A stretch of 32,000 nucleotides of DNA from Cupriavidus necator (GTDB lineage: Bacteria; Pseudomonadota; Gammaproteobacteria; Burkholderiales; Burkholderiaceae): positions 3,450,001-3,482,000 of the forward strand of contig NZ_CP066018.1 in NCBI RefSeq assembly GCF_016127575.1. Reading direction: 5' to 3'. The notes beneath the pieces were generated by a model that did not search any database, had not been told where the DNA came from, and saw nothing but the letters and a program-made list of their open reading frames with translations. This document shows positions 17,545-28,324 of this stretch, piece by piece. A program made the position numbers and the translations under genes. Each line of letters begins with the position of its first letter. Position 1 is the stretch's first letter.

Positions 17545-19158
17545 ATGTCAAATCCCAAGCTGACGCTGGAAAGCGTTTCCTACGTCCTGCCCGACGGCCG
17601 GACGCTCTTCTCTGAACTGTCCGAGCAATTCGACGATCGTCCCACCGGCCTGGTCGGGCGCAACGGTATCGGCAAGTCCGTGCTGGCACGCATCCTGGGC
17701 GGGGAGCTGGAGCCCTCCGCGGGGCGTTGCGTGCGGTCGGGCAGCGTGCATTACCTGTCCCAGCAGGCCGCGCATGCCGTGCAGACGTCGGTGGCCGGGC
17801 TGGCTGGCGTGCAATCGATGCTGGATGCGCTGCAGCGCATCGAGGCCGGCAGCGCCGCGGCGCAAGACTTCGATGACGTCGGCGAGCACTGGAACATGCC
17901 GCAACGGTTGCGGCAGGAGCTGGAGCGCAATGGCCTGGGCCACCTCCAGGCGCACACCCCGGCGAGCACCCTGAGCGGCGGCGAAGCCATGCGCGTGGCA
18001 CTGATCGGTGCGTTGCTGTCGGATGCCGATTTCCTGATCCTCGACGAACCCAGCAATCATCTGGACCGGCCGAACCGGCTGGCGCTGATCGCGCAACTGC
18101 AACGCTGGCAGCGCGGCCTGCTGGTGGTCAGCCATGACCGGCAGTTGCTTGAGGGCATGGCGCGCATCGTCGAGCTGTCGTCGCTCGGACTGCGCAGTTA
18201 TGGCGGCGGCTATTCGTTCTATGCGCAATGCAAGGCGCAGGAGCGCGAGAACGCCTTGCAGCAGCTGGATCAGCGCAAGCTCGAACGCAAGCGGGAAGAG
18301 CAGTCGCTGCGTGCGCAGCGTGAGCGCCAGGAGCGGCGGCAGGCCCGTGGCAACCGGCAGGCGCGCGATGCCAACCAGGCCAGCATCCTGCTGGGCCGGC
18401 AGAAGGAGCGCAGCCAGGCCTCGGCGGGCAGGCTGCGCCTGCAGCAGGCCGCCACGCGCGAAGCGCTCGATGCGCGCGTGCGCGACGCCGCGCAACAGGT
18501 GGAGGACGATGCCGCGATCGTATTGCTCGCGTTGCCTGTCAGTCAGGCCGCGCAACGCCGCGTGGCTGAACTGGACGAGGTCGACCTGCCGTTCGTGCCG
18601 GCCGCCACGCGCCGCATCAGCCTGATGCTGACGGGCCAGCAGCGCGTGGGCGTCGTCGGCCCCAATGGCTGCGGCAAATCCACCTTGCTCAAGCTGCTGG
18701 CCGGCCAGTTGCAGCCGCTTGCCGGCCGCTGCGCGGTGCATGCCGAGCGCGCCTATCTCGACCAGCAACTGGCCGGCCTGCTGCCGCAGCGCTCAACCAT
18801 CGAACAGATGCTGGCCGCCAACCACACCGCCGGGGAGGCGGCATTGCGCACGCGGCTGGCGCTGCTGGATCTCGATGCGCAGAAGGCCACCGCGCCCAGC
18901 GGCCTGCTCAGCGGCGGCGAGCGCCTGAAGGCCGCGCTGGCTTGTACCTTGTATGCCGATCCGCCGGCACAGCTGCTGTTGTTCGATGAACCCAGCAACC
19001 ACCTGGACCTGCCGTCCGTGCAGGCGGTGGAGACGATGCTGCGCGGCTATCAGGGCGCATTGGTGGTGGTGTCCCACGACGATGTGTTCATGGGCAGCCT
19101 GGGGCTGACCCATCGCCTGGCGGCAACGCCGGACGGGTGGAAGCTGGAACCCTGGTAG
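17545..19158 (+). CDS. ABC-F family ATPase (two ABC domains, no membrane domain), 537 aa
   Basis: Walker A GRNGIGKS and GPNGCGKS. Signatures LSGGEAMR and LSGGERLK. Walker B LILDEPSNHLD and LLFDEPSNHLD. Arg/Gln/Glu-rich interdomain linker. Confidence 0.85.
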   Translation: MSNPKLTLESVSYVLPDGRTLFSELSEQFDDRPTGLVGRNGIGKSVLARILGGELEPSAGRCVRSGSVHYLSQQAAHAVQTSVAGLAGVQSMLDALQRIEAGSAAAQDFDDVGEHWNMPQRLRQELERNGLGHLQAHTPASTLSGGEAMRVALIGALLSDADFLILDEPSNHLDRPNRLALIAQLQRWQRGLLVVSHDRQLLEGMARIVELSSLGLRSYGGGYSFYAQCKAQERENALQQLDQRKLERKREEQSLRAQRERQERRQARGNRQARDANQASILLGRQKERSQASAGRLRLQQAATREALDARVRDAAQQVEDDAAIVLLALPVSQAAQRRVAELDEVDLPFVPAATRRISLMLTGQQRVGVVGPNGCGKSTLLKLLAGQLQPLAGRCAVHAERAYLDQQLAGLLPQRSTIEQMLAANHTAGEAALRTRLALLDLDAQKATAPSGLLSGGERLKAALACTLYADPPAQLLLFDEPSNHLDLPSVQAVETMLRGYQGALVVVSHDDVFMGSLGLTHRLAATPDGWKLEPW

Positions 19159-19170
19159 GCGGTTTATTTA

Positions 19171-19211
19171 TACCCGGATGATATTGACATCGTATTTTAT
19201 CCGGGTAATAT
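19171..19211 (+). promoter_or_regulatory. sigma70-like promoter (TTGACA 19184-19189, 16-nt spacer, TAATAT 19206-19211) embedded in a 9-bp perfect inverted repeat (TACCCGGAT 19171-19179 / ATCCGGGTA 19199-19207)
   Basis: Read directly in the AT-rich 81-bp gap between the ABC-F stop and the DUF2239 start. The -10 element lies about 29 nt upstream of the ATG at 19240. Confidence 0.45.
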
Positions 19212-19239
19212 TCGGAAATCGTCTCCCAGGGGCATCCGC

Positions 19240-19860
19240 ATGACCAACGCAACGCTTCACAGCTACACCACCTTCGACGGCCACCGGCGTATCGCCACGG
19301 GCCCGCTGCAAGCCAATGCGCTGGCGCTCAAGCGTGCGCTGGAAGCCGGCGCGGGCGGACCCGTGCTGGTTTTCGACGACGGCACCGGGCGCTCGATCGA
19401 CCTGGATACGAGCGGGACGGAGGCCGCCGTACTTGAGCGCACGGCAGAGCGCGCCGCGCAGCTCGAAGCCGTGCGGCAGCCCGCCGGCGACAACGACGAA
19501 GCAGCGGACGTGGCCGAGCCCCGGGGCCGCGGGCGCCCGAAGCTTGGCGTGGTGTCGCGCGAGGTGACGCTGCTGCCGCGCCATTGGCAATGGCTGGCCG
19601 CCCAGCCAGGCGGGGCATCGGTGGCCCTGCGCAAGCTGGTCGAGCAGGCGCGCCGGGACCACGCGGACAAGGACCGCAGCCGCCGCGCCAGCGAACGGGC
19701 CTACCACTTCATGGTGGCGATGGCGGGAGATTTGCCCGGCTTCGAGGAAGCCACGCGGGCCTTGTTCGCGGGCGATGTGGCGGGCTTTGCGCAGCGGCTC
19801 GAGGCATGGCCGGCGGATATCCGCGAACACGCGATGCGCCTTGCGGACAGCAACGCCTGA
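19240..19860 (+). CDS. DUF2239-family protein, 206 aa
   Basis: The block RGRGRPKLGVVSREVTLLPRHWQWL and the overall length match what I remember of DUF2239. Family assignment is from memory only. Confidence 0.65.
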   Translation: MTNATLHSYTTFDGHRRIATGPLQANALALKRALEAGAGGPVLVFDDGTGRSIDLDTSGTEAAVLERTAERAAQLEAVRQPAGDNDEAADVAEPRGRGRPKLGVVSREVTLLPRHWQWLAAQPGGASVALRKLVEQARRDHADKDRSRRASERAYHFMVAMAGDLPGFEEATRALFAGDVAGFAQRLEAWPADIREHAMRLADSNA

Positions 19861-19878
19861 ACGGCTCCGCGGGCCTGG

Positions 19879-20295
19879 TCAGATGCCGCCCAGCAGGTCA
19901 TGCGCATCCACGATCGCATAGGCGATCTCGGGATGCTCTTCCATGCTGCGGCGGATGGCGGCTGGGATCGACTGGCGGATCTTGCGGCACAGGCCGGGCT
20001 GCTCCTGCACCTGGATGCTGATGCCGCGCACCGTGCGCACGCCGCGCGCGCTGGGGGTAATGGTGAGCACGATGCCCAGCTGGGTCTGCATCAGGCTTTC
20101 CATGCGCTGCAATTCAGCCAGGCTGGTCAGGCGCTCAAGCCGTTCGACCAGCCGCTTTTCTTCGGCCCGGGTGAGCCGCAGCACGCGCAGGTCGGCGTTG
20201 GGGTCACTCAGCAAGGCTTCGCGCCCGCAGATACAGGCGCCGGGCGGGCATTCCGTGCGAAGAGGGAACGGCGCGTTCATGTGGGGCGCGGCCAC
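19879..20295 (-). CDS. hypothetical protein, 133-138 aa
   Basis: The track ORF starts at GTG 20295; an alternative ATG lies at 20280. Protein-like composition (…LTRAEEKRLVERLERLTSLAELQRMESLMQTQLGIV…). No SD seen and no family recognised. Confidence 0.5.
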   Translation of the reverse strand: MAAPHMNAPFPLRTECPPGACICGREALLSDPNADLRVLRLTRAEEKRLVERLERLTSLAELQRMESLMQTQLGIVLTITPSARGVRTVRGISIQVQEQPGLCRKIRQSIPAAIRRSMEEHPEIAYAIVDAHDLLGGI

Positions 20296-20434
20296 AAGGC
20301 CGCAAGATAGCGGGGACGATGACCGGATATGTTAATTCAGGTTGCCGGTCGCCGGTTGCCCGTTGCGGGCACGCCATCTTTCCCGCAGGCCCTCAGGTCT
20401 TCCCTCTGGCAATGTCTGGTTGCGCGGGCATGGT

Positions 20435-20890
20435 TCAGTCCAGCTGCTCGATATGGGCCGACGTAATCGGGGCACGCCACTTGTCGGTCTCGGCATCGAT
20501 CAGCTGCCGGAGCTGCGCGGGCGAGCCGCCGGCAGGCTCGGCGCCCAGCGCGGCCAGGCCCTTGCGCACGTCCGGCGCCTGCAGCGCAGCTTGCAGCGCG
20601 GCGTTGATCCTGTCGATCACCGGCGCCGGCGTGCCGCGCGGCGCGACCACGCCGCCCCAGGCCACGGTCTCGTAGCCCTTCAGCCCGGACTCGTCGAGCG
20701 TCGGCACCTCGGGCAGCAGCGCAAGGCGTTTCAGGCTGCTGACGGCCAGCGGCCGCACCTTGCCGCCGCGGATCAGCGGCATGGCCTCGGAGGTATTGCT
20801 GAACATGAAGTCGAGCCGGCCGCCCATCAGGTCCTGCAGCGCGGCGGGGCCGCCGTTGTACGGGATAAAGGCGACATCAGTGGTGCCGGA
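20435..20890 (-). pseudogene. C-terminal ~150 codons of a Bug/TctC-family periplasmic binding protein; 5' half missing
   Basis: TDVAFIPYNGGPAALQDLMGGRLDFMFSNTSEAMPLIRGGKVRPLAVSSLKRLALLPEVPTLDESGLKGYETVAWGGVVAPRGTP...ETDKWRAPI is the conserved C-terminal half of Bug proteins (full length about 320 aa). Similarity stops abruptly near 20885, where the LysR remnant begins on the other strand. The 30 upstream residues of the track ORF look like noise. Confidence 0.7.
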
Positions 20891-21631
20891 CGCATGCTGC
20901 ATGTGTCGCAGCCCGCGGTCAACCGGGTGCTGGCGCTGACCGAAAGCCGGCTCGGCTACCCCTTGTTCGAGCGCGCGCGGCAAGCTGTTGCCGACGCCGG
21001 AAGGGCGGCGCCTGTTTGCCGAGGTCGAGCAGGTCTATAGCGGCGTACAGCGCGTCAACGACCTGGCTGCGGCGTGCCCACGCGCGTCGACTACCGCAGC
21101 GTCACCTTCGACGAACTGGTCGGCATTTTCCTGAGCGGTCGGGCCGATGTCGGCGTGTCGATGGTGCCGGCGGGGCATCCGACGCTGTCGTCCACGCTGC
21201 TCGGGCGCCAGCCGATGCTGTGCGTGTTGCCGCCGGACCATCCGCTCGCGGGCCGCGAGGTGGTGACGCCGGAGGATGTTGCCGGCAGCGCGTGGATCGG
21301 CTATCCGCCCGACACGCCGCTGGGCCGTGCGCTGGCCGGCTTCTTCGGCGACAGCGACAGCGGCGCCCCCGCCATCGAGGTGCATTCGCCGGTCACGGCA
21401 TGCGCCTTTGTGCAGCAGGGCCTGGGGCTGGCGCTGGTGGATGCGTGGAGCGTGACGCCAGCCATGCGCGCGGCGCTGGCGGTGCGGCCGGTGTTGCCCG
21501 CGGTCGGCCTGGAAATCTGCGCGACCCATTCCGGCCTGGCGCCGCTGCCATTGGCGGGGCGCCGCTTCCTGGCCTCGATCGGTAAAGTGCTACGCGACAT
21601 CCAGCCGCCTGCCGCGTGCGCGCAGGGGTAA
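20885..21631 (+). pseudogene. LysR-family regulator remnant: 5' truncated, one frameshift (about 20975-20982), one internal deletion (about 21068-21076)
   Basis: LHVSQPAVNRVLALTESRLGYPLFERAR (frame 2) continues as GKLLPTPEGRRLFAEVEQVYSGVQRVNDLAAA in another frame. It then jumps to VDYRSVTFDELVGIFLSGRADVGVSMVP... (track ORF 21074-21631, substrate-binding domain). About the first 20 HTH residues and about 35 residues of the linker/early effector domain are missing. Confidence 0.7.
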
Positions 21632-21732
21632 TCCGGCAGCAAATGCCGATCCGGTCTATGCTCGCGGCAGCGGTGCGGCCCGACGGCCCCCGACCACAGG
21701 AATTTCCAACCAAGGCCTGCACAGGAGACCCC

Positions 21733-22239
21733 ATGGCACTCTCGATGTACGAAGTCTCGATTCCCTTGTTCATCCGCGCGCTCGGCAATCTCGCCGCGAT
21801 CCTGGACAAGGGCGCGGCCCACGCCCAGGCGCAGGGCATGGACCCGGCCGACCTGATCCAGACCCGCCTGATCGCCGACATGGATGCGCTGCCGGCACAG
21901 GTGCAGCGCGCCAGCGACGCCGCCAAGGGCTGCGCCGCGCGGCTGGCAGGCATCGAGGTGCCTTCGTTCGCCGATACCGAAACCACCTTTGCCGAACTGC
22001 GGGACCGCATCGCCCGCACCATCGGGTTCCTGGAGCAGGTCACGCCTGAGCAGCTGGAAGGCAGCGAGCAGCGCGCGATCGAGCTGAAGCTGCGCCAGGG
22101 GCCGATGACATTCGACGGCAAGTCCTACCTGCTGGGTTTTGCGCTGCCCAACTTCTATTTTCACGTGACCACGGCCTATGACATCCTGCGCCACAAGGGC
22201 GTGCAGATTGGCAAGCGCGACTACCTGGGGCTGAAGTAA
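21733..22239 (+). CDS. DUF1993-family protein, 168 aa
   Basis: MALSMYEVSIPLFIRALGNLAAILDKGAAHA...GFALPNFYFHVTTAYDILRHKGVQIGKRDYLG matches DUF1993 proteins as I recall them. ATG 21733 has AGGAGA 5 nt upstream, and the track ORF start at 21616 lies upstream of that SD. Confidence 0.8.
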   Translation: MALSMYEVSIPLFIRALGNLAAILDKGAAHAQAQGMDPADLIQTRLIADMDALPAQVQRASDAAKGCAARLAGIEVPSFADTETTFAELRDRIARTIGFLEQVTPEQLEGSEQRAIELKLRQGPMTFDGKSYLLGFALPNFYFHVTTAYDILRHKGVQIGKRDYLGLK

Positions 22240-22261
22240 GAAGCCGAGCGGGGCCAGTAGG

Positions 22262-22290
22262 AAAAAGCCGGGCGCGGATCCCGGCTTTTT
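22262..22290. terminator. rho-independent (bidirectional-looking) terminator after the DUF1993 gene
   Basis: AAAAAGCCGGG (22262-22272), 7-nt loop, CCCGGCTTTTT (22280-22290). GC stem flanked by an A-tract and a T-tract. Confidence 0.7.
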
Positions 22291-22322
22291 CATTGTCGAA
22301 CAGCAGCTTGGGCGGCAGCCGC

Positions 22323-22349
22323 CGGTCAGCGCGGTCAGCGCGGTCAGCA
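22323..22349. repeat. 3 x 9-bp tandem repeat (CGGTCAGCG CGGTCAGCG CGGTCAGCA) in non-coding DNA
   Basis: Read directly. Lies in the 450-bp gap upstream of queE. Confidence 0.6.
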
Positions 22350-22742
22350 CCGGGGCGCCGATGGCGGCCCTTTGCAGCAAAACCGGGTGATCTGCAGGAG
22401 ATATTTGCCGCGCGCCTGGCCGGCGGCCGGGACCGCATCCCGCCAGCCTCTAAGCGGAAACCCTGACCCCTCTGGTATACTTGCATTACGTCCGGACAGG
22501 CCGGACGCAGCCTGCGACAGGCCACAGGCGGTTCCTCCGGCAGTGCCCGGAGCCATGCACGGAAAACCCGGTGCACACCGCCCGCGCTGCCAGCCATGCG
22601 GCGCCGATCCGGGAGCCCGAGCCCAGATCCGTGATACTTGTTATCCGGCCTTTGCCCAATACCTGTTGAAACCCCGGCCAGCCCAAGGGCGGCCGAATGC
22701 CCGTTAACGGTCCCCAAACGGTCCCAGAGAGACCCCCCACGC

Positions 22743-23378
22743 ATGACTTACGCCGTCAAGGAAATCTTCTATACGCTGCAGGGCGAAGGCGCCAACGCCG
22801 GCCGCGCCGCGGTGTTCTGCCGCTTTGCCGGCTGCAACCTGTGGAGCGGCCGCGAAGAAGACCGCGCCAGCGCGGTGTGCCAGTTCTGCGATACGGATTT
22901 CGTCGGCACCGATGGCACGCGCGGCGGCAAGTACCGCACGGCCGAGGAACTGGCCGCAGTGGTCGCGTCGGAATGGCCGCAGGGCGCCGGCGGCCAGCCG
23001 CTGGTGGTCTGCACCGGGGGCGAGCCGCTGCTGCAACTGGACGCGCCGCTGATCGACGCGCTGCATGCGCAGGGCTTCGAGATTGCGATCGAAACCAACG
23101 GCACCATCGCCGTGCCGCCGGGCATCGACTGGGTCTGCGTCAGCCCCAAGATGGGCTCGGAACTGGTGGTCACGCGTGGTGACGAGCTCAAAGTCGTGAT
23201 CCCGCAGGAGGGCCAGGACTTTGCCGCATACGAGCAGCTTGATTTCCGCCATTTCCTGGTGCAGGCCATGGATGGCCCGCTGGCGAGGGAAAATACCGCC
23301 GCCGCGGTGGCGTTCTGCCAGCGCCATCCGCGCTGGCGGCTGTCGCTGCAGACTCACAAGCTGCTCGGCATCCGCTGA
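22743..23378 (+). CDS. queE: 7-carboxy-7-deazaguanine synthase (radical SAM), 211 aa
   Basis: MTYAVKEIFYTLQGEGANAGRAAVFCRFAGCNLWSG...CQFCDTDF...VCTGGEPLLQ is the QueE signature region. Followed by queD. Confidence 0.9.
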   Translation: MTYAVKEIFYTLQGEGANAGRAAVFCRFAGCNLWSGREEDRASAVCQFCDTDFVGTDGTRGGKYRTAEELAAVVASEWPQGAGGQPLVVCTGGEPLLQLDAPLIDALHAQGFEIAIETNGTIAVPPGIDWVCVSPKMGSELVVTRGDELKVVIPQEGQDFAAYEQLDFRHFLVQAMDGPLARENTAAAVAFCQRHPRWRLSLQTHKLLGIR

Positions 23379-23501
23379 GCGGCGCGGCATCCACGGTATC
23401 GACAGGTCGCCCAACGGGCGGCAAAACGTACACAATACAGGCTTCGGACGCGCGCGCAGTGTCCGTCCCAACGCAGGCGGCCGGCACCGGCGCCGGTACA
23501 C

Positions 23502-23978
23502 ATGAGCAAACAAGTTTCCATTACCCGCCGGCTGGAGTTCGACTCCGGCCACCGCATCCCGAACCACTGCGGCCAGTGCCGCAATATCCACGGACACCGC
23601 TACCGGCTGGACCTGACGCTGTCGGGCGAGGTCCTGCACCGCGAGGGCGCGTCGGATGACGGCATGATCCTGGACTTCGGCGACATCAAGGCGCTCGCCA
23701 ACGAGCACCTGGTCAACAAGTGGGACCATGCCTTCCTGATCTACCGTGGTGACACCGCGCTGCTGAACTTCCTGCAATCGATGGAAGGGCACAAGACCGT
23801 GGTGCTGGACGCGATCCCGACGGTCGAGAACCTGGCCCAGGTTGCCTTCGACATCCTGGCGCCGGTGTTCAAGGACTGCTTCGGCCACCACCTGCAGCTG
23901 ACCAGGCTGGTGCTGTTCGAAACGCCCAACTGCTGGGCGGAAGTGAGCGCGCCCGCGGTGCTGCCGGCGCAGGACTGA
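23502..23978 (+). CDS. queD: 6-carboxy-5,6,7,8-tetrahydropterin synthase, 158 aa
   Basis: RRLEFDSGHRIPNHCGQCRNIHGHRYRLDLTLSG shows the PTPS/QueD zinc-ligand histidines and Cys. Confidence 0.9.
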   Translation: MSKQVSITRRLEFDSGHRIPNHCGQCRNIHGHRYRLDLTLSGEVLHREGASDDGMILDFGDIKALANEHLVNKWDHAFLIYRGDTALLNFLQSMEGHKTVVLDAIPTVENLAQVAFDILAPVFKDCFGHHLQLTRLVLFETPNCWAEVSAPAVLPAQD

Positions 23979-25546
<1,568 letters not shown>

Positions 25547-25819
25547 CCGGCCGCATCGTCCGATGCCGCGCATCCGGGTGCAAGGAATGCGTCCGGATGA
25601 TAGAATGTGCGGTTATTTCCTGACTTCCTGCCGGGTTCTCGCATGAACCGGGCGCGGCCCGTGCCGCATCGCCAGCCATGGCCGCCGGATGACTCCGGGC
25701 CAGCGCGATGCATCTCCGGCAAGGCCCGTCCCTGAGCGGCATGGGGTGCGCCTCGTGTGCAAAACCGGCAAGCCGCGGCCAGCGCCGCGGCGCCACAATC
25801 TCCAGACAAGGTTCAAGAC

Positions 25820-27442
25820 GTGCTTTCTACCGCAAACATCACCATGCAGTTCGGCCCCAAGCCGTTGTTCGAGAATATCTCGGTCAAATTCGGCGAGGGC
25901 AACCGCTACGGCCTGATCGGCGCGAACGGTTGCGGCAAGTCCACCTTCATGAAGATCCTGGGCGGCGACCTGGAACCGTCGTCGGGCAACGTCATGCTGG
26001 AGCCGGGCGTGCGTCTGGGCAAGCTGCGCCAGGACCAGTTCGCCTATGAAGACATGCGCGTGCTGGACGTGGTGATGATGGGCCACACCGAGATGTGGGC
26101 CGCCGCGCAGGAGCGCGACGCCATCTACGCCAACCCGGAAGCGACCGACGAAGACTACATGAAGGCCGCCGAGCTGGAGGCCAAGTACGCCGAATACGAC
26201 GGCTACACCGCCGAGGCCCGTGCCGGCGAACTGCTGCTGGGCGTGGGCATCCCCACCAGCCAGCACCAGGGCACGATGAGCGACGTCGCCCCCGGCTGGA
26301 AGCTGCGCGTGCTGCTGGCGCAGGCACTGTTCTCGAACCCGGACGTGCTGCTGCTGGACGAGCCGACCAACAACCTGGACATCAACACGATCCGCTGGCT
26401 GGAGACCGTGCTCAACGAGCGCAACTCCACCATGATCATCATTTCCCACGATCGCCACTTCCTGAACTCGGTCTGCACCCACATGGCCGACATGGACTAC
26501 GGCACGCTCAAGGTCTACCCGGGCAACTACGACGACTACATGGAAGCGTCGATGCAGGCCCGCGAGCGCCAGGTTGCCGCCAACGCGCGCGCCAAGGAGC
26601 GCATCAGCGAGCTGCAGGACTTCGTGCGCCGCTTCTCGGCCAACAAGTCCAAGGCCCGCCAGGCCACCTCGCGCGCCAAGCAGATCGAGAAGATCAAGGT
26701 CGACGACATCAAGCCGTCGTCGCGCCAGAACCCGTTCATCCGCTTCGAGTTCGAGAAGAAGCTGCACAACCTGGCCGTGGAAGTGGAGAACATCACCAAG
26801 ACCTACGACCGCAAGATCATCGACGGCCTGTCGCTGGCGATTCAGGCCGGCGAGCGCGTGGCGATCATCGGCGAGAACGGCGCGGGCAAGACCACGCTGC
26901 TGCGCAGCCTGCTCAACGGCGCGGTGCAGACCGGCGTGCAGCGCGGCGTGGAAGTGGACCGCGGCACGGTCAAGTGGGCCGAGAACGCCAACGTCGGCTA
27001 CATGCCGCAGGATACCTACGAGGAATTCCCGGACAACCGCGACGTGATGGACTGGATGAGCCAGTGGACGCAGGCCGGCGACGACGAGACCTCGCTGCGC
27101 GGCACGCTGGGCCGCCTGCTGTTCTCGGCCGACGACATCAGGAAGTCGGTCAAGGTGCTGTCCGGCGGCGAGAAGGGCCGCATGATCTGGGGCAAGCTGA
27201 TGCTGGGCCGCCACAACGTGCTGGCCATGGACGAGCCGACCAACCACATGGACATGGAGTCGATCGAATCGCTGCAGATCGCGCTGGACAAGTTCACGGG
27301 CACGCTGATCTTCGTTTCGCACGACCGCGAGCTGATCAGCGGGCTGGCGACGCGCGTGATCGAAGTGCGCACCGACGGCACGCTGACGGACTACCTGGGT
27401 ACGTATGACGAGTACCTGCAGTCGCAGGGTATCGACGGCTGA
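25820..27442 (+). CDS. ybiT: ABC-F family ATPase, YbiT ortholog, 540 aa
   Basis: (V)[52 protein letters not shown]... is collinear with E. coli YbiT as I remember it. I therefore chose GTG 25820 rather than the upstream ATG at 25757. Confidence 0.9.
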   Translation: MLSTANITMQFGPKPLFENISVKFGEGNRYGLIGANGCGKSTFMKILGGDLEPSSGNVMLEPGVRLGKLRQDQFAYEDMRVLDVVMMGHTEMWAAAQERDAIYANPEATDEDYMKAAELEAKYAEYDGYTAEARAGELLLGVGIPTSQHQGTMSDVAPGWKLRVLLAQALFSNPDVLLLDEPTNNLDINTIRWLETVLNERNSTMIIISHDRHFLNSVCTHMADMDYGTLKVYPGNYDDYMEASMQARERQVAANARAKERISELQDFVRRFSANKSKARQATSRAKQIEKIKVDDIKPSSRQNPFIRFEFEKKLHNLAVEVENITKTYDRKIIDGLSLAIQAGERVAIIGENGAGKTTLLRSLLNGAVQTGVQRGVEVDRGTVKWAENANVGYMPQDTYEEFPDNRDVMDWMSQWTQAGDDETSLRGTLGRLLFSADDIRKSVKVLSGGEKGRMIWGKLMLGRHNVLAMDEPTNHMDMESIESLQIALDKFTGTLIFVSHDRELISGLATRVIEVRTDGTLTDYLGTYDEYLQSQGIDG

Positions 27443-27466
27443 GCGTCGGGACGTTGACGATGAGAG

Positions 27467-27491
27467 AAGGCCGCCTCCGGGCGGCCTTTTT
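27467..27491. terminator. rho-independent terminator between convergent ybiT and the 202-aa gene
   Basis: AAGGCCGCC (27467-27475), loop TCCG, GGCGGCCTT (27480-27488), then TTT. Confidence 0.75.
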
Positions 27492-27509
27492 CATTGGTGC
27501 GCCGGAATC

Positions 27510-28118
27510 TCAGCCGGCGGCGATGCGATCTGTGATCTGGTCGAGCTGGCTCGTGATGGCACGCGCGGTGATGTCGCCCTTGGCCTTGAGCAGCGCCGCA
27601 TGCAGCGGTTCGCGCAGCGCCAGCAGCGCGGGCAGGTCGGTGGCCCTTTCGACCTTCACCTGCAGCATGTAGCCGCGCAGGCCGAGGTGCTGCCCGATCA
27701 CGTCGGTATAGAAGTGATACAGGCTCTCGAAGGCCGCGATGTCGGCGGGCGAAGGGGCCGCGGTATCGGTCGGTTGCGGCGTCTCGGGCACCTCGGGGGC
27801 GCGTGCGTGCCGCATTGCATACACGGAGAACATATTGGTGTCGGCGGCAGGCGTGACCCGCGCCGGTGCCTGTGCCGGTGCCACCGCAGCGGGCGGCCGT
27901 GCCGGCTCCGGGACGGCTTCGACCAGCCCTTGTGCCACCAGTGTGTCGATGGCCTCGGGTGCCACCCCCATGCCGGCCACCTGCGCCAGCAATTCCTGCC
28001 CGCGGCGCTCGCCGTTGACCATCAGCAGCAGCGCGCGCAGCTTGTGGTCAAGCTTGCGTGCACGCGTCCGGATCTCGTCCTGTCCCGCATCCGTCTTGCG
28101 GTAGATCGGATCGACCAT
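27510..28118 (-). CDS. hypothetical protein, 202 aa, two helical domains joined by a Pro/Ala-rich linker
   Basis: ATG at 28118. Sequence: [40 protein letters not shown]... then a P/A-rich middle, then ...[29 protein letters not shown]... No family recognised. Confidence 0.6.
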   Translation of the reverse strand: MVDPIYRKTDAGQDEIRTRARKLDHKLRALLLMVNGERRGQELLAQVAGMGVAPEAIDTLVAQGLVEAVPEPARPPAAVAPAQAPARVTPAADTNMFSVYAMRHARAPEVPETPQPTDTAAPSPADIAAFESLYHFYTDVIGQHLGLRGYMLQVKVERATDLPALLALREPLHAALLKAKGDITARAITSQLDQITDRIAAG

Positions 28119-28324
28119 GTCTCACCCCTTGTTATGTCCGACCGCCTTTGGCTAGAGTCCCTGTCAGGTGGTGCGGCCGATTATCGCCACCTTCTTGCCC
28201 GGAGCGGTATGCGCGGCTTCCCGCGGCGCAAAAACATAGTCCCGAATCCGCTCTACAATGTGCGTGCACCATAAAAGTAACAAAAAATTGCAATCGCCAA
28301 TTCACCAAACCGAGAACTGTGGCC

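Noticed and set aside
17548-18768. 406-aa minus-strand ORF, and the similar 13680-14945 minus-strand ORF (421 aa)
   Set aside because: Antisense shadows of the ABC-F gene and of the ManD/RspB genes respectively.
20340-20367. Four imperfect heptamer repeats (GGTTGCC GGTCGCC GGTTGCC CGTTGCG) between the 138-aa gene and the Bug remnant
   Set aside because: Short, imperfect and GC-rich, so plausibly chance or slippage. No associated feature.
22380-22742. Possible preQ1 riboswitch in front of queE
   Set aside because: I could not find the short P1 hairpin followed by the A-rich tail characteristic of preQ1-I, nor anything resembling the other classes. This should still be confirmed with an Rfam scan.
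25757-25819. Upstream ATG start for ybiT as in the track
   Set aside because: The extra 21 residues have no counterpart in YbiT proteins as I recall them. The GTG at 25820 aligns with the family N-terminus.
25547-25819. Possible promoter (TAGAAT near 25596-25601) and a 7-bp inverted repeat (CATCCGG...CCGGATG) giving a long ybiT leader
   Set aside because: The -35 match is poor, and I found no convincing leader peptide or attenuator structure. Left as unassigned intergenic DNA.
25613-27322. 569-aa minus-strand ORF
   Set aside because: Antisense to the YbiT ortholog, with repetitive L/A/R/V/G/H composition.
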